The notes under the pieces were generated by a model, which was not told where the DNA came from, ran no database searches, and saw nothing but the letters and a program-made list of their open reading frames with translations. The position numbers were made by a program, and so were the translations under genes. Shown in pieces: positions 62,021-64,000 of a DNA stretch of 64,000 bases. The stretch spans positions 4,103,757 to 4,167,756 of the forward strand of contig MU054187.1 of NCBI GenBank assembly GCA_013239625.1, given 5' to 3'. The stretch comes from Lama guanicoe. Taxonomy: Eukaryota. The number at the start of each line of letters is the position of its first letter. The first letter of the stretch is position 1.

Positions 62021-63430
62021 CAAGGAGGGAGGGCATGTCTGCTGGTCTCCTACTTCTCTATGAGGGTTTTGGCCATGTCATAAAGATTAAGAATTATTTA
62101 CTTAGAAAGACTGTAATTTTTTCCCCTCATACAAGACTGAAAAAATTATCTATTTCCCTCCTTCTCCACTTGTCATTCTCACTTTGCTTATTTTGTCCGC
62201 AGAGTACACATAATTTTTCTACGTGCAGAGATGCTGTGGGTATAATAGACCGTTGACATGGTCATAAATTTGAGTTAAACTGGAAGAATAATAAGCAATG
62301 TTGATATTTGCTCAGAATTATAATAAATGTGTAGCCACGGTGCTCACCAGGTTAAAAGAGCATTTTGCTTCTGTTTTGGGGGAATCTGCTTAATGTGTTT
62401 GACGTTTGAAATATGAGTAACTCAAGAGATCTTAGAGATAACAGCAAAATAAGTTACTGAATTTTATCTACTTTTTAAATGTCAGCATTGGTTTGTAGTA
62501 AATTGCTTGACATTGCAGCATTTTTTTTAATCAACTATGCATTTTGCTTTTTTTTTGCTTTTTTATTTTCCTTCTTTGATTTTTCATATCTTATATCTTA
62601 TTTTTCGTATCTTTTTCATATCAGAAGTTTAAGAAAAAATATTAGAAGCATTTAATTCTGATGGTGATAACAGATACACTTAAATGTTGGGAACTGGGCA
62701 CTGTGTGGAATGTCTCCGTTAATGGCACGTAATGAAATGAATGTCTGTGTTGAAAACTGGCTATGACTCAGTCTTCAGGGCTTGGCTTCAAAGGGCAGGC
62801 TGCAAAATGTTTCAGAAAGGGTTTGATGATCCCAAAGTAGACTTAGAGAGATGAGTGTAATACAGCTGAGGACTCGTGGACAACCCCCACCCAACACCCT
62901 CCACGTTAGAGAAGAAGGAAGAAGGAAGAGTCTGTGTTTCATATTTCCCAGACACCAGCTGGCATAAACGTTCAAGAGTGACAGCAGTGAACGTTGGCTA
63001 ATTAAACAAACTGACGAAATGAAGAGACCAATAGAAATGAGCACTGTCGTTTCAAAGACTTATTGATGAAGTAGGGTGACATTTAAACTTGTTTACTTAA
63101 ATTAGGAGCTGCCTTGATGTTTGACTATTGCCTTACTATTTGTTCATTCAACAACCATGTCTTGCCCAGGGCCTGTTATTCACCAGGCACCGTTCCAGGC
63201 CCCGGTGCTTCATCAGCGAGCAACACACACTGCCCGCACTCACGTGTGAATAAAGAGCAGTTTCAGATGTCAGGTGTTCAAGGCATCTCCCCTTCCTCTG
63301 CCTGTTTGCCTGAAGGTGCGCAAATAACCTTGAGCTTGCTTAGATCTGTGCTGGCTCTGGAAAAACGTCCACGCCACCCCTGGAGAAAAACCTAATCACT
63401 TTTAATAGAGAATGTATAGTATGTAGAGTA

Positions 63431-63890
63431 GGTCGGCTGAAAAAAATGCACAGCCCAAGAGCTGTGAGCTCAGTTTTATTCGGGGCCGACTGAGGACTAT
63501 AACCTGGGAGACAGCCTCTCACGCAGCTTGGAGGAGCTGCTCGGAGGAGGTGGGGAGGGCAGCAGCTGTGGCGTTTTGGTGAAGGGGGCTGTGGAGTCAG
63601 GCACACAGTTTGGCAGAGGGTTGCTGCTGGTCACCAGGAGCCGGCGTCTCCACTAACAATTTGAGTGCTTTTCTAGATATGAGAAAACACAAGAAATTGG
63701 GCTCATAAAACCTCCTCAAAATAGCTGACTATCTGAAGCCCTGCTCTGCCAGTTTTCCCAGAGCACAGGCTGTCTCATTCCTGCTCCCAGCCCTTAAGTC
63801 CCCTCAGGGTGTGTGGAAGGTCAGTGGCTGCACTGGCTCCTGACTTCATTCCTGCGGAACCAGATGGTGAGCGACAGTTTTTAGCTGGCT
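63431..63890 (-). mobile_element. ERV1-class solo LTR related to 14889-15400
   Basis: gtcggctgaaaaaaatgcacagcccaagagctgtgagctcagttttattcgg...ctgaggact...gacagcctctca aligns by eye with the start of the 14889 LTR. Confidence 0.82.
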
Positions 63891-64000
63891 GGTGCACACA
63901 ACCGAGTGTAAACGTGTGCTCGTCCTCGTAACAACTCTCTCTCACCCCACCCCGACCCTCACCCCCTCACCCACCCATCACATTTCCTTTAGCCTGGTCA

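Noticed and set aside
1..64000. tRNA, rRNA, snRNA genes, processed pseudogenes or prokaryote-type systems
   Set aside because: None recognised by eye. A tRNAscan-SE/Infernal and tblastn screen would be needed to exclude diverged copies.

Overview
Mammalian genomic DNA. It is probably from a camelid or a related non-ruminant cetartiodactyl. That is an inference from cetartiodactyl-type L1 3' ends and ERV1 LTRs and from the absence of recognisable Alu, B1/B2, BovA/BovB, PRE-1, CHR-2, SINEC or ERE SINEs. The only protein-coding feature I can support is exon 1 of BPNT2/IMPAD1 (Golgi PAP 3'-phosphatase, gPAPP) on the minus strand, CDS 6471->6085, inside a CpG-island promoter. Positions 1-6084 are intron 1, and exon 2 was not found in the window. 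The remaining ~57 kb is upstream intergenic DNA dense in MIR, L2, L3/CR1, L1, ERV/MaLR LTR and hAT fossils. Almost all listed ORFs are spurious. I did not find a convincing new gene system. The best leads are a strong-context uORF in frame with BPNT2, a cluster of CTCF motifs with a convergent pair, narrow orphan GC/CpG peaks (one apparently a GC-converted MIR), and a TSD-flanked L1 that keeps both ends but has lost most of its interior. Repeat family names are by eye from remembered consensus sequences, and repeat boundaries are approximate.
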